DNA of 64,000 bases from an uncultured SAR86 cluster bacterium (GTDB taxonomy: Bacteria; Pseudomonadota; Gammaproteobacteria; Magnimaribacterales; D2472). The notes beneath the pieces are model-generated. The model had not been told where the DNA came from. It did no database searches and saw only the letters and a list, made by a program, of their open reading frames with translations. The stretch lies in contig CACEAP010000005.1 in the NCBI GenBank assembly GCA_902557645.1, positions 10,181 to 74,180 of the forward strand, written 5' to 3'. Shown in pieces: positions 55,570 to 64,000 of the stretch. The translations under genes were made by a program, and so were the position numbers. Positions within the stretch are counted from its first letter, which is position 1. Each line of letters opens with the position of its first letter.

Positions 55570-56385
55570 ATGTCATTACAAAATAACAAACCTTTAACAA
55601 CAATATCTTCTTTGAATAATTTGAAATCAAAGTCTGAAAAATTTACTTGTCTTACTGCTTACGAATCAACTATGGCATCAGTAATTAGCAAAGCAGGTGT
55701 TGATGTTATATTAGTTGGGGATAGTCTAGGTATGGTTGTACAAGGGCACGATAGTACTCTGCCAGTTACAATGGATCAATTGATTTATCATTTAGAGTGC
55801 GTGGTCCAAGGCAATCAAGGTTCTCATATAATGGCTGACATGCCATTTATGAGTTATGCAACTGATGATCTTGGGTTTGAAAATGCTACTCGTCTTATGC
55901 AGAATGGAGCACATTCAGTAAAAATCGAGGGTGGTGAGTGGATTTGTAAAATGGCAAATACTTTAGCTGAAAGAGGTATACCTGTTTGTGCTCATATTGG
56001 ATTAACGCCACAGGCAATTAATCGAATTGGTGGATATTTTGTTCAAGGTCGTGATACTAACAAACAAGATTTAATGATTGCAGAGGCTAAAGCTCTTGAA
56101 GATGCTGGTGCGGCAATGCTCTTACTTGAGTGCGTTCCAGATAAACTAGCTGAAATAATTACGAATGAATTAAAGATTCCAGTAATTGGAATTGGAGCTG
56201 GAGCTAAAACTGATGGCCAGATTATGGTTATACATGATTTATTAGGAATTTCTTGCTTAGAATCTCCTCCAAAATTTGTTAAAGACTTTATGGAAGATGC
56301 AAGTTCTATTCATGATGCTATTGAAATGTATGTGAAGTCAGTTAAATCTGGATCATTTCCTGCAAAAGAACATACTTTTTATTAA
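55570..56385 (+). CDS. panB: 3-methyl-2-oxobutanoate hydroxymethyltransferase
   Basis: LTAYE, VGDSLGMVVQGH, KIEGG and GHIGLTPQ-type motifs. Confidence 0.9.
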   Translation: MSLQNNKPLTTISSLNNLKSKSEKFTCLTAYESTMASVISKAGVDVILVGDSLGMVVQGHDSTLPVTMDQLIYHLECVVQGNQGSHIMADMPFMSYATDDLGFENATRLMQNGAHSVKIEGGEWICKMANTLAERGIPVCAHIGLTPQAINRIGGYFVQGRDTNKQDLMIAEAKALEDAGAAMLLLECVPDKLAEIITNELKIPVIGIGAGAKTDGQIMVIHDLLGISCLESPPKFVKDFMEDASSIHDAIEMYVKSVKSGSFPAKEHTFY

Positions 56386-56387
56386 GA

Positions 56388-57197
56388 TTGAAAGTAATAA
56401 GATCAGCATCAGATTACGATTTTATAAATAATAATAATATCTCAATAGTTCCAACTATGGGAAATCTCCATGATGGACATTTAGAATTAATAAAGTCTGC
56501 TAAAAGTAGTAATGCGTATGTAGTAGCTACAATTTTTATCAATCCACTTCAATTTAATGATAAAAATGATTATAAAAATTATCCCATAACTATAGAAGAA
56601 GATTTAAAAGCTCTTGAAACATCTGGTTGTGACCTAGTTTTTTTACCTAGCTCTAATATTTTAGATAATATTAAAACTATAAATGCACCTAATTCAGCAA
56701 ATATACTATGTGGCAAATCTAGACCAGGGCATTTTGATGGCGTATTAACAATTTTAAATAAGTTATTTCAATTAACTAATCCTAAAACTGCATATTTTGG
56801 TTTAAAAGACTATCAACAATATATTTTAGTTAAAGATTTTGCAGCTAAGAACTTTCCAGATCTTATTATTAATGGAATAAAGACCAAAAGGGATATAAAT
56901 GGATTAGCATTATCATCAAGAAATATCCATCTAAAAGAAGATCAATTAAAAATTGCTAGTAACATATACAAAGAATTGACATATATATCTAATCATTATT
57001 CTTATGCTAGTTATGATGATTTAATTAATCAGGCTATTACAAATCTTAGTGATCTGGGCTTTAATGTTGATTACTTATTAATATACGATGCATCAAGGTT
57101 AAATAATGTTACAAAATCATCAACAGAAATTCTGATAGCTATAGCAGTATATCTTGATGGGATAAGACTTATCGATAATATTATTAAAAAACTTTAA
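56388..57197 (+). CDS. panC: Pantoate-beta-alanine ligase
   Basis: PTMGNLHDGHLELI (HIGH-like) and FGLKDYQQ. The TTG start is needed to include the motif. Confidence 0.9.
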   Translation: MKVIRSASDYDFINNNNISIVPTMGNLHDGHLELIKSAKSSNAYVVATIFINPLQFNDKNDYKNYPITIEEDLKALETSGCDLVFLPSSNILDNIKTINAPNSANILCGKSRPGHFDGVLTILNKLFQLTNPKTAYFGLKDYQQYILVKDFAAKNFPDLIINGIKTKRDINGLALSSRNIHLKEDQLKIASNIYKELTYISNHYSYASYDDLINQAITNLSDLGFNVDYLLIYDASRLNNVTKSSTEILIAIAVYLDGIRLIDNIIKKL

Positions 57198-57244
57198 TTT
57201 ATTTGAGTTTAAGCATTAATTAATAGATAATCATTTTTTTTATT

Positions 57245-57634
57245 ATGAAACAAACTTTCTTAAACGCTAAATTACATCGAGTAAATGTAACTCAAGTTGA
57301 GTTAGATTATGAAGGATCGTGTGCAGTTGATATTAATTTTTTAAAAGCTGCAGGAATGCAAGAGTATGAAAAAGTTGATATCTATAATGTTACTAATGGA
57401 GAAAGATTTTCAACTTATTTAATTTTAGCGGAAGAGAATTCTAAAACTATATCAGTTAATGGAGCAGCAGCCCATAAAGTCTCTTTAAACGATATTCTTA
57501 TTATTTGTACTTATTCATCTCTATCAGAAAAAGAAGTTGCAACGCACAAACCAACTTTAGTTTATTTTGATAAAAACAATAATATTACAGATATTAAAAA
57601 TTCAATTCCTGAACAAAAACTTCGCTCGGTTTAA
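57245..57634 (+). CDS. panD: Aspartate 1-decarboxylase proenzyme
   Basis: KLHRVNVTQVELDYEGSCAVD contains the Gly-Ser self-cleavage site. Confidence 0.9.
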   Translation: MKQTFLNAKLHRVNVTQVELDYEGSCAVDINFLKAAGMQEYEKVDIYNVTNGERFSTYLILAEENSKTISVNGAAAHKVSLNDILIICTYSSLSEKEVATHKPTLVYFDKNNNITDIKNSIPEQKLRSV

Positions 57635-57646
57635 TATATACATATT

Positions 57647-58633
57647 TTGAATATTAAATTTCTTCATTTAGTAATTTTAGTATTTCTTGTTTTTCCTGTT
57701 TCTTCAGAAGAAATTTTTTTTAATAATCATAATATTCACGGTGAAGATAGCACTTTTAAAGATTTCATAAAGTGGCAACTAAGTGGAAATAAACCTGATC
57801 GTTTCTCAATAGAAATGAGTGATGAATTTAATTTGTTGTTAAAAAAACCAAAAACACCGTATGCTGTTTGGGTAGGACATTCAAATTTTTTAATCAACAA
57901 TAATGATATAAATATTCTTACAGACCCTATTTTTTCAAAAAGAGCATCTCCTATTTCATTTGCTGGACCAAAGCGATTAATTCCGCCAGGAATTAACTTT
58001 AATTTACTCCCAGATATAGACGTTGTTACTGTCAGTCATGCTCACTACGATCATATGGATATACCAACATTAAAAAGATTATATGAAATTAATGAGAACA
58101 CATTATTTTTAGTACCTATGAATTCTGCAAAACTTTTACTATCAGCTGGAATTAAGAATGTAGTTGAAATGAACTGGTGGGATACCATATCTTTAAGTGA
58201 TACTTTAATTACATTTGTACCAGTGCATCATTGGTCTTCAAGAACACCTTTTGATAAAAATGAAACATTATGGGGAGGGTGGTGGTTTGAGCATTCATCT
58301 TTAAAATTAGTTCATTTAGGTGATACAGGTTACACATATGATTTTTTAACCATTAACAAAGAACTTGGCTCGCCAGATTTTGCTTTTATTCCAATTGGTG
58401 CTTATGAGCCTAGATCTATAATGAAAGATAGTCATTTAAATCCTGATGAAGCTATTCAAACTGCTTTAGATTTGAATGCTACTCATGCAATTGGTATGCA
58501 CTGGGGTACTTTTATGCTTACAGATGAGCCTGTACAAGAACCACCAGTTTTAGTTAAAAATAGATTAAAAGAACTTGATTTAGAAGGGTTATTTACAATT
58601 CCAATTCCAGGAAAAATTATTTCTCTGGAGTAA
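57647..58633 (+). CDS. Secreted MBL-fold metallo-hydrolase (NAPE-PLD-like)
   Basis: TTG start and a signal peptide. The metal motif is VSHAHYDHMD, with a later HWGTF. Confidence 0.7.
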   Translation: MNIKFLHLVILVFLVFPVSSEEIFFNNHNIHGEDSTFKDFIKWQLSGNKPDRFSIEMSDEFNLLLKKPKTPYAVWVGHSNFLINNNDINILTDPIFSKRASPISFAGPKRLIPPGINFNLLPDIDVVTVSHAHYDHMDIPTLKRLYEINENTLFLVPMNSAKLLLSAGIKNVVEMNWWDTISLSDTLITFVPVHHWSSRTPFDKNETLWGGWWFEHSSLKLVHLGDTGYTYDFLTINKELGSPDFAFIPIGAYEPRSIMKDSHLNPDEAIQTALDLNATHAIGMHWGTFMLTDEPVQEPPVLVKNRLKELDLEGLFTIPIPGKIISLE

Positions 58634-59975
58634 AACTTACTGGCATTTCTTGTATTGCATGTACAAAATTATTTGGTGCAACTTTCCAGTCTCCATCCAT
58701 TTTCATGTCAGGAAATCTTGTTAAGATCTGCTTATAAACTTCTTTTAGCTGCATCAAAGCTACTGGTTTTCCAATACAGGTATGTCGACCAAGACCAAAG
58801 GCTAGGTGCTTAATCGCATTATCACGTTCAATATCAAATTGATGTGGATTTTTAAATATTGACGGGTCTCTATTTGCAGCACCATACCACATAATTATTT
58901 TTTCTCCAGGACCTATTTTCTGATTACCAATAATAGTTTCACATTTAGTTGTTCTTCGCATATGAATAACTGGAGAAACCATTCTAATTGTTTCTTGAGC
59001 AAAATTTGATAAAAGCTCTAAGTTGTTAAGTAATTTAATTTTTTGATCTGGAAATTCAGTTAATAGTTTAATTGCTCCACTAATTGAATTTCTAGTTGTA
59101 TCATTACCAGCAAAAATAATTAATAACCATGAACCATCAAGATACTCTTGACTTAATTTATGACCATCTAATTCTGCATTGGCTATAGCAGATAAAAGAT
59201 CATTAGAAGGATTATTCCTTTTTTCTTGAAGTATATGCTTTCCATAATCGAACATTTCATTAACCATATTTTCAAAAAGTTCTATCATAGATGGATCAAC
59301 CTCCATCTCTTCTTCGTTTCCAGTGGTTTGTTTTAGATTTTCAGCACTTAAGTATTGTGCTAATTCTAGAAACTCCATCCAAGTTGCAAGTTTGTGTCTA
59401 TCTGCTTCAGGTATTCCTAATATCTCTGATAATGTAAAAATAGGAATTTGTTGTGATATATCTTTAACTAAATTACATTTACCAACTTTAGCAATAGCAT
59501 CAAGGAGTGATGAAACTTTAATCTCAACCTTTTTATGCAATTCATCAACATAACCAGGTTTAAAAAAAGGCATATGCTCTTTTCTTAAATCTAAATGAAA
59601 ACTGCCATCAAGATTAAGCATATGGTCTATAGATGTTTGCCATAACTTTGGATGTCTCGTTTCAGGATTTCCTAAAGTGATTAGATTTCCAGTAGCAATT
59701 TGAGATGAGTAAATAGATGGATTTGAAGATACTTCAACTATATCCTTGTATGATGTTAGCATCCATGAGCCTGGTTCTGTGTCCCATTCAGGAGGCTCTT
59801 GAAAATATATAGGACTATTTTTTCTTAACTCATCAAATTCTTCAAAAGGTTGGCCATTTGTAAACTTATGAATGTCATATAAATCTATTGGACTTTTATA
59901 ATTATAATAAGGCTCATAAGCATTAGCCTTAATTTTTGTATTAAGAGCAGTTTCACTTATAGGCGGATATGACAT
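58617..59975 (-). CDS. Cytochrome P450
   Basis: Heme-Cys loop FGLGRHTCIGKPVA, the ExxR motif ETIRM, and the I-helix AGNDTT. Confidence 0.9.
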   Translation of the reverse strand: MSYPPISETALNTKIKANAYEPYYNYKSPIDLYDIHKFTNGQPFEEFDELRKNSPIYFQEPPEWDTEPGSWMLTSYKDIVEVSSNPSIYSSQIATGNLITLGNPETRHPKLWQTSIDHMLNLDGSFHLDLRKEHMPFFKPGYVDELHKKVEIKVSSLLDAIAKVGKCNLVKDISQQIPIFTLSEILGIPEADRHKLATWMEFLELAQYLSAENLKQTTGNEEEMEVDPSMIELFENMVNEMFDYGKHILQEKRNNPSNDLLSAIANAELDGHKLSQEYLDGSWLLIIFAGNDTTRNSISGAIKLLTEFPDQKIKLLNNLELLSNFAQETIRMVSPVIHMRRTTKCETIIGNQKIGPGEKIIMWYGAANRDPSIFKNPHQFDIERDNAIKHLAFGLGRHTCIGKPVALMQLKEVYKQILTRFPDMKMDGDWKVAPNNFVHAIQEMPVSFTPEK

Positions 59976-59980
59976 TTCTA

Positions 59981-62719
59981 TTAGTTAGTTAAGATTTCAA
60001 CTTTACCTATATTTAATTCTCTTACTGGGCTTTCAATTTGTGCAAGATCACCCACAATTACCCATGTCCACTTATTAGTATCTAAATATTTTTTTGATGC
60101 AGAACGAACATCTTCAAGCAAGATAGCATTTCTTTTATCAGCAATAGTATCAAGATAATCAAAGTCCCTATTATATTTAACTATATCTTCCATGCCTCCA
60201 AGTAGGGCACCTAAAGTTTCATATTGCCCTGGCAATCTTAAAGTTCTAGCATTTTTAATTTTTGATAATTCATCAGCTGTTATAGGTGAATCATTAACGT
60301 ATTCATTATATTCACGCAATACTTCAAGTATAGCAGGAGCTGTTTTATCCGTCTGAACAGGAGCTGTCATTCGCATTAACCTTTGCCCTTGTGAATAGCC
60401 AGTAGAGGTTCTTACACCATATGACCAACTTTTATCTTCTCTTAAATTCATATTAATTCTAGATGTAAAACTTCCAGCAATTGCATAGTTCATATAGTCA
60501 ATAAGAATATCATCATCTGAATTTGTAGGTGGCAATAATTGAGCAGCAAGAATATATGATTGAATAGCTCCAGGCTTATCAATTAAAAATACTCGTGGCT
60601 CACTTTGATCTTCAACTGTAAAAAGATCTATTGGATTAATATCAGAAGCTTTACTTGTCCAATTATTAAATTTTTTATTTAATAATTCTTTAGCTTCATT
60701 AAGATTAATATCACCAGTAACAATAAAAGTTGAGTCACTAGGATTAGTTAATAAAGCATGCATTTTTATTAAATCTTCTCTTGTAAATTGCTCAACAGTT
60801 TCTTTTAAACCTGAGCTTGATTCTTTTGCATAAGGATGACCTTCTCCATAAACCAAACCTCTTATTTTTCTATTTGCTACCGATCCTGGATTGTTAAGCT
60901 GTTGATCAATACTATCAAGCCAACGCTTTTTAACTTTATCTAATTCAGCTTGAGGAAAAATAGGATTTAATAATCCTTCTTTGAATAAATCTAATGTTGC
61001 TTCAAGATTAACTTTCATTGATGATAATGATGCATATGTTGTATCAATAGATGATCCATAACCAATTCCTGAACCTAATCTTTCCTGGGCTTCAGCAAAG
61101 TCAAGAGATGAATATTTTTTTGTTCCTTCATCCATCATCGACATAGTAAAGTTTGCTAGACCCTGTTGTTCATTTGATTCAATTGCCCAACCTTTATTAA
61201 AGACAACCTCTATATTAACTAAAGGCAAATCATTTCTTTCTGCTAATACAAGTTTTGAACCATTGTCTAAAACAGCACTTTGTATTTTAGGGAATGAATA
61301 AGATAGTTTTTCAGTAGGATATGGGATGCCTTTACTTCTATCTACTTGTGACTTAACAACTGAAGTTTTCTTTGCAGGAACGATACTTAAAACATAATCA
61401 CCAGATGTTAACCATTTATTTGCAGCCTTTTTAATATCAACTGCTGAGGTATTTAAATATATTGATAATTGCTCACGGAAAGCACCAGCATCTCCATATA
61501 AAGTTTGATAGGTCGCTAAAATATCTGATTTACCTCCAAAGCCACCAATTCTTTGTAGCCCATTAGTTAATGAAGATATAGATGATGTTTTAATATTTTT
61601 AAGAAGTTTAGTATCTGGGCCTCTTTGTAAATACTTCTCTAAGGTATCATCTATAACTTTTTCAACTTCATCTGGATCTTGTCCAGATGCCACTGTTGCA
61701 ACAATTACAAACAATCCAGCAATTTCACGACCATAATAAAATGCAGATACACCAGAGGCTAAACCAGTCTTATAAACTAACTCTTGATATAAAGGGCTAT
61801 TCTTACTTCCAGCCAGCGTTGAAGAGGCTAGGTCTAATGCCTGAGCTTCATTAGTTCCATCCTCAGCAACATTCCATACTTTATAAATTCTAGTTTGTGG
61901 AACATTATCTTCCATAACTTCTCGTGTTTGCTCAGAACGTTTTGCTATCCATTTTTTAGGTTTTGTTAGTGGCGGGCCGCCTGGTATATCACCAAAATAT
62001 TCTTGAACTTTAATTTTTGCAGTTTCTACATCAATATCTCCAGCTAAAGCTAATACTGCATTTGTTGGACCATAATATGTTTCAAACCATTCTTTAACAT
62101 CATCTAAAGTAGCTGCATTTAAATCATCCATCGATCCAATAACGGACCATGAATATGGATGTCCTTTTGGAAATACAGCTTCTCCAATTGCATTCCAAAC
62201 TTGTCCATATGGTTGATTTTCACCTTGTCTCTTTTCGTTTTGAACAACACCTCTTTGCTCATCTAGTTTATCTTGATCTATGACATTTAATATATGACCC
62301 ATTCTTTCAGATTCCATCCATAAAGCTAAATCTAGGGCATTAGTAGGAACATTTTGAAAATAATTAGTTCTGTCACTATTTGTTGTACCGTTTTGGTCTG
62401 TTGCACCAATCTTTTCAAAAGGTTCAAAATATTCAGCATTATAATTTTCTGTGCCATTAAACATAAGATGTTCAAATAAATGTGCAAAACCAGTCTTTCC
62501 AGGTTTTTCATTTTTTGATCCGACGTGATACCAGATATTAACTGCAACCATTGGAACTTTTCTATCTTCATGCACAACTACAGTTAAACCGTTGTCTAAA
62601 GTAAAAGTTTCGAATTCGATATCAGGAACTTCAAGTTCTGGTTGACCATAAGCTTGAATTGAACTAATTGTTACAGTTGCGAGAATTAAAAAAATATTTT
62701 TAAATTTAAAAAGATCCAT
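59981..62719 (-). CDS. Secreted tandem M16-family zinc peptidase (PqqL/insulinase-like)
   Basis: 912 aa with a signal peptide and the inverted zinc motif HLFEHLMFNG. It has the duplicated M16 architecture. Confidence 0.85.
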   Translation of the reverse strand: MDLFKFKNIFLILATVTISSIQAYGQPELEVPDIEFETFTLDNGLTVVVHEDRKVPMVAVNIWYHVGSKNEKPGKTGFAHLFEHLMFNGTENYNAEYFEPFEKIGATDQNGTTNSDRTNYFQNVPTNALDLALWMESERMGHILNVIDQDKLDEQRGVVQNEKRQGENQPYGQVWNAIGEAVFPKGHPYSWSVIGSMDDLNAATLDDVKEWFETYYGPTNAVLALAGDIDVETAKIKVQEYFGDIPGGPPLTKPKKWIAKRSEQTREVMEDNVPQTRIYKVWNVAEDGTNEAQALDLASSTLAGSKNSPLYQELVYKTGLASGVSAFYYGREIAGLFVIVATVASGQDPDEVEKVIDDTLEKYLQRGPDTKLLKNIKTSSISSLTNGLQRIGGFGGKSDILATYQTLYGDAGAFREQLSIYLNTSAVDIKKAANKWLTSGDYVLSIVPAKKTSVVKSQVDRSKGIPYPTEKLSYSFPKIQSAVLDNGSKLVLAERNDLPLVNIEVVFNKGWAIESNEQQGLANFTMSMMDEGTKKYSSLDFAEAQERLGSGIGYGSSIDTTYASLSSMKVNLEATLDLFKEGLLNPIFPQAELDKVKKRWLDSIDQQLNNPGSVANRKIRGLVYGEGHPYAKESSSGLKETVEQFTREDLIKMHALLTNPSDSTFIVTGDINLNEAKELLNKKFNNWTSKASDINPIDLFTVEDQSEPRVFLIDKPGAIQSYILAAQLLPPTNSDDDILIDYMNYAIAGSFTSRINMNLREDKSWSYGVRTSTGYSQGQRLMRMTAPVQTDKTAPAILEVLREYNEYVNDSPITADELSKIKNARTLRLPGQYETLGALLGGMEDIVKYNRDFDYLDTIADKRNAILLEDVRSASKKYLDTNKWTWVIVGDLAQIESPVRELNIGKVEILTN

Positions 62720-62832
62720 AGGTACTCCGTTTTTGAAAAAATTATATGATGGATAATTTGTTTATATATTTAATATTATATAGAAATCAAAGTAGAATTA
62801 AGTTACTTATTATTAATTATTAAATAATTATT

Positions 62833-64000
62833 ATGAATAAATTTTTTATTATATTTTCATTGATTATTATAGTATCTAGCTGTGGTACAAATAATACTAA
62901 ATTAAATGATATAAGCATAAGAGAATCAATAGAAATTCTAGCATCTGATGATTTTGAGGGCAGAGCCCCCGGTACTGAAGGTGGAAAACTTACAAAGAAC
63001 TATATTGCTAAATTTTATAAAGAAAACTCCCTTACACCATTAAAAAATACATATTTTTTAGATGTTCCTGCTGTAAATATTAATCTCCAAGATAAATCTT
63101 TTTTTTCTATATCATTCAGAAATAATGATCAAAAGTTAGAACCAGGAAAAGATATTGTTTTTTGGTCCAAAAGAACAACTGAATATGAAAAAATAAGGGC
63201 AAGTGATCTTGTTTTTGTTGGTTATGGTGTTGTGGCACCTGAATATAATTGGAATGATTATGATGGAATAGATGTTAAGGGTAAAACTGTAGTGATGTTA
63301 ATAAATGATCCAGGCTTTATAACAGAAAATCCTAGATTATTTAACGGTCGTGCAATGACCTATTATGGTAGATGGGTTTATAAATTTGAAGAAGCAGCTA
63401 GACAAGGAGCTGCTGGGGCCATAATTATTCATGATACAGAAGCAGCATCTTATCCATGGTCAGTGATTGAATCATCATGGATGGGGCCACAGTTATCTTC
63501 TCAACGAACACCTGAACAAATTACTCCTGTTCAACTTGAAGGTTGGATACATAAAGATAAATTAAATGAATTACTAGAGTTTACAGGCTTTAATTATCAA
63601 TCATTGGAAGAAATAGCTTTAACTAAAACTTTTAAACCTTTTACTCTTCGAGGTATGCAATTAAATTCTGATATTTACAATGATGTTAATTACTTTAAAT
63701 CCCATAATATGGCTGCAATTAAGAAAGGGTCTTCAAGGCCTGATGAAATTATTTTATTTACAGCGCATTGGGATCATATGGGTATTAACAAATCAGAGGA
63801 GGGTGATAATGATAATATTTATAATGGCGCTGTTGATAATGCAACCGGTGTTGCAGTAATTTTAGAATTAGCTAAAAGATTTTCTACTATTAAAACAGAT
63901 AGATCAATATTATTTTTAGCTACGACTTTAGAAGAGTCAGGTTTGATTGGGTCTGAATATTTTGCAAATAATTCACCTGTACCTTTAAAAAATATAGTTG
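62833..64000 (+). CDS. M28-family metallo-aminopeptidase lipoprotein with PA domain (3'-truncated by the window edge)
   Basis: This frame is open to the window edge and is absent from the ORF track. My own translation from ATG 62833 to the window end shows no stop. It has the lipobox IVSSC, a PA-like insert, and the metal ligand motifs HWDH, GAVDNATG and EESGLIGS. Confidence 0.8.
   Translation, partial: MNKFFIIFSLIIIVSSCGTNNTKLNDISIRESIEILASDDFEGRAPGTEGGKLTKNYIAKFYKENSLTPLKNTYFLDVPAVNINLQDKSFFSISFRNNDQKLEPGKDIVFWSKRTTEYEKIRASDLVFVGYGVVAPEYNWNDYDGIDVKGKTVVMLINDPGFITENPRLFNGRAMTYYGRWVYKFEEAARQGAAGAIIIHDTEAASYPWSVIESSWMGPQLSSQRTPEQITPVQLEGWIHKDKLNELLEFTGFNYQSLEEIALTKTFKPFTLRGMQLNSDIYNDVNYFKSHNMAAIKKGSSRPDEIILFTAHWDHMGINKSEEGDNDNIYNGAVDNATGVAVILELAKRFSTIKTDRSILFLATTLEESGLIGSEYFANNSPVPLKNIV

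Noticed and set aside
1-64000. Search for CRISPR arrays, IS elements or transposases, integrases, prophage genes, toxin-antitoxin pairs and recognisable defence systems.
   Set aside because: Reading both strands, I saw no repeat-spacer periodicity, no terminal inverted repeats flanking a transposase-like ORF, and no nuclease, helicase or methylase-type defence genes. The window looks free of mobile and defence content.

Overview
This is an AT-rich window (roughly one-third GC by eye) that is very tightly packed: my tally of the gaps between called features is about 3% non-coding. I call about 60 protein genes and two tRNAs, Ser-GGA and Arg-TCG. I saw no rRNA, CRISPR array, transposase, integrase or phage genes. 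The content fits a streamlined marine gammaproteobacterium (SAR86-like lifestyle). That placement is an inference from gene content, not a database result.

Main blocks, in order:
- gcdH and a secreted S9 peptidase.
- A TonB-dependent receptor next to a six-gene TonB2-type energiser (DUF3450/TtpB-like, TtpC-like, ExbB, ExbD, TonB, TPR/TtpD-like).
- A split MacAB-type efflux system.
- Three glycosyltransferase-type genes.
- BolA and an MMPL/RND exporter.
- An AMACR-like CoA-transferase, TatD and a thioesterase-like protein.
- A CoxD/CoxE-like MoxR-VWA pair coupled to a permease.
- ABC-2 exporter, QueF and Pgl in one coupled chain.
- A roughly 17-kb stretch between the two tRNAs. It holds small orphan genes; a second TBDR-led locus (serine hydrolase, MFS, C-N hydrolase, omega-transaminase, alanine dehydrogenase, aldehyde dehydrogenase); an EamA-rhodanese pair; and an esterase/Baeyer-Villiger monooxygenase pair.
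- A GMC oxidoreductase followed by a DUF3604-PPIase-HupE trio.
- A DmdA-like aminomethyltransferase, then coaBC-panBCD.
- An MBL hydrolase, a P450, and M16 and M28 peptidases.

Most interesting signals outside the ORFs:
- A near-consensus LexA box sits in the spacer of a promoter driving an apparently leaderless 77-aa orphan ORF.
- Two perfect TyrR-type palindromes (TGTAAA-N6-TTTACA) each lie about 20 nt upstream of a start codon.
- The longest non-coding stretch (277 nt) is a structured leader ending in an intrinsic terminator only 11 nt before the EamA start codon.
- Every convergent protein-gene pair overlaps at its 3' ends.
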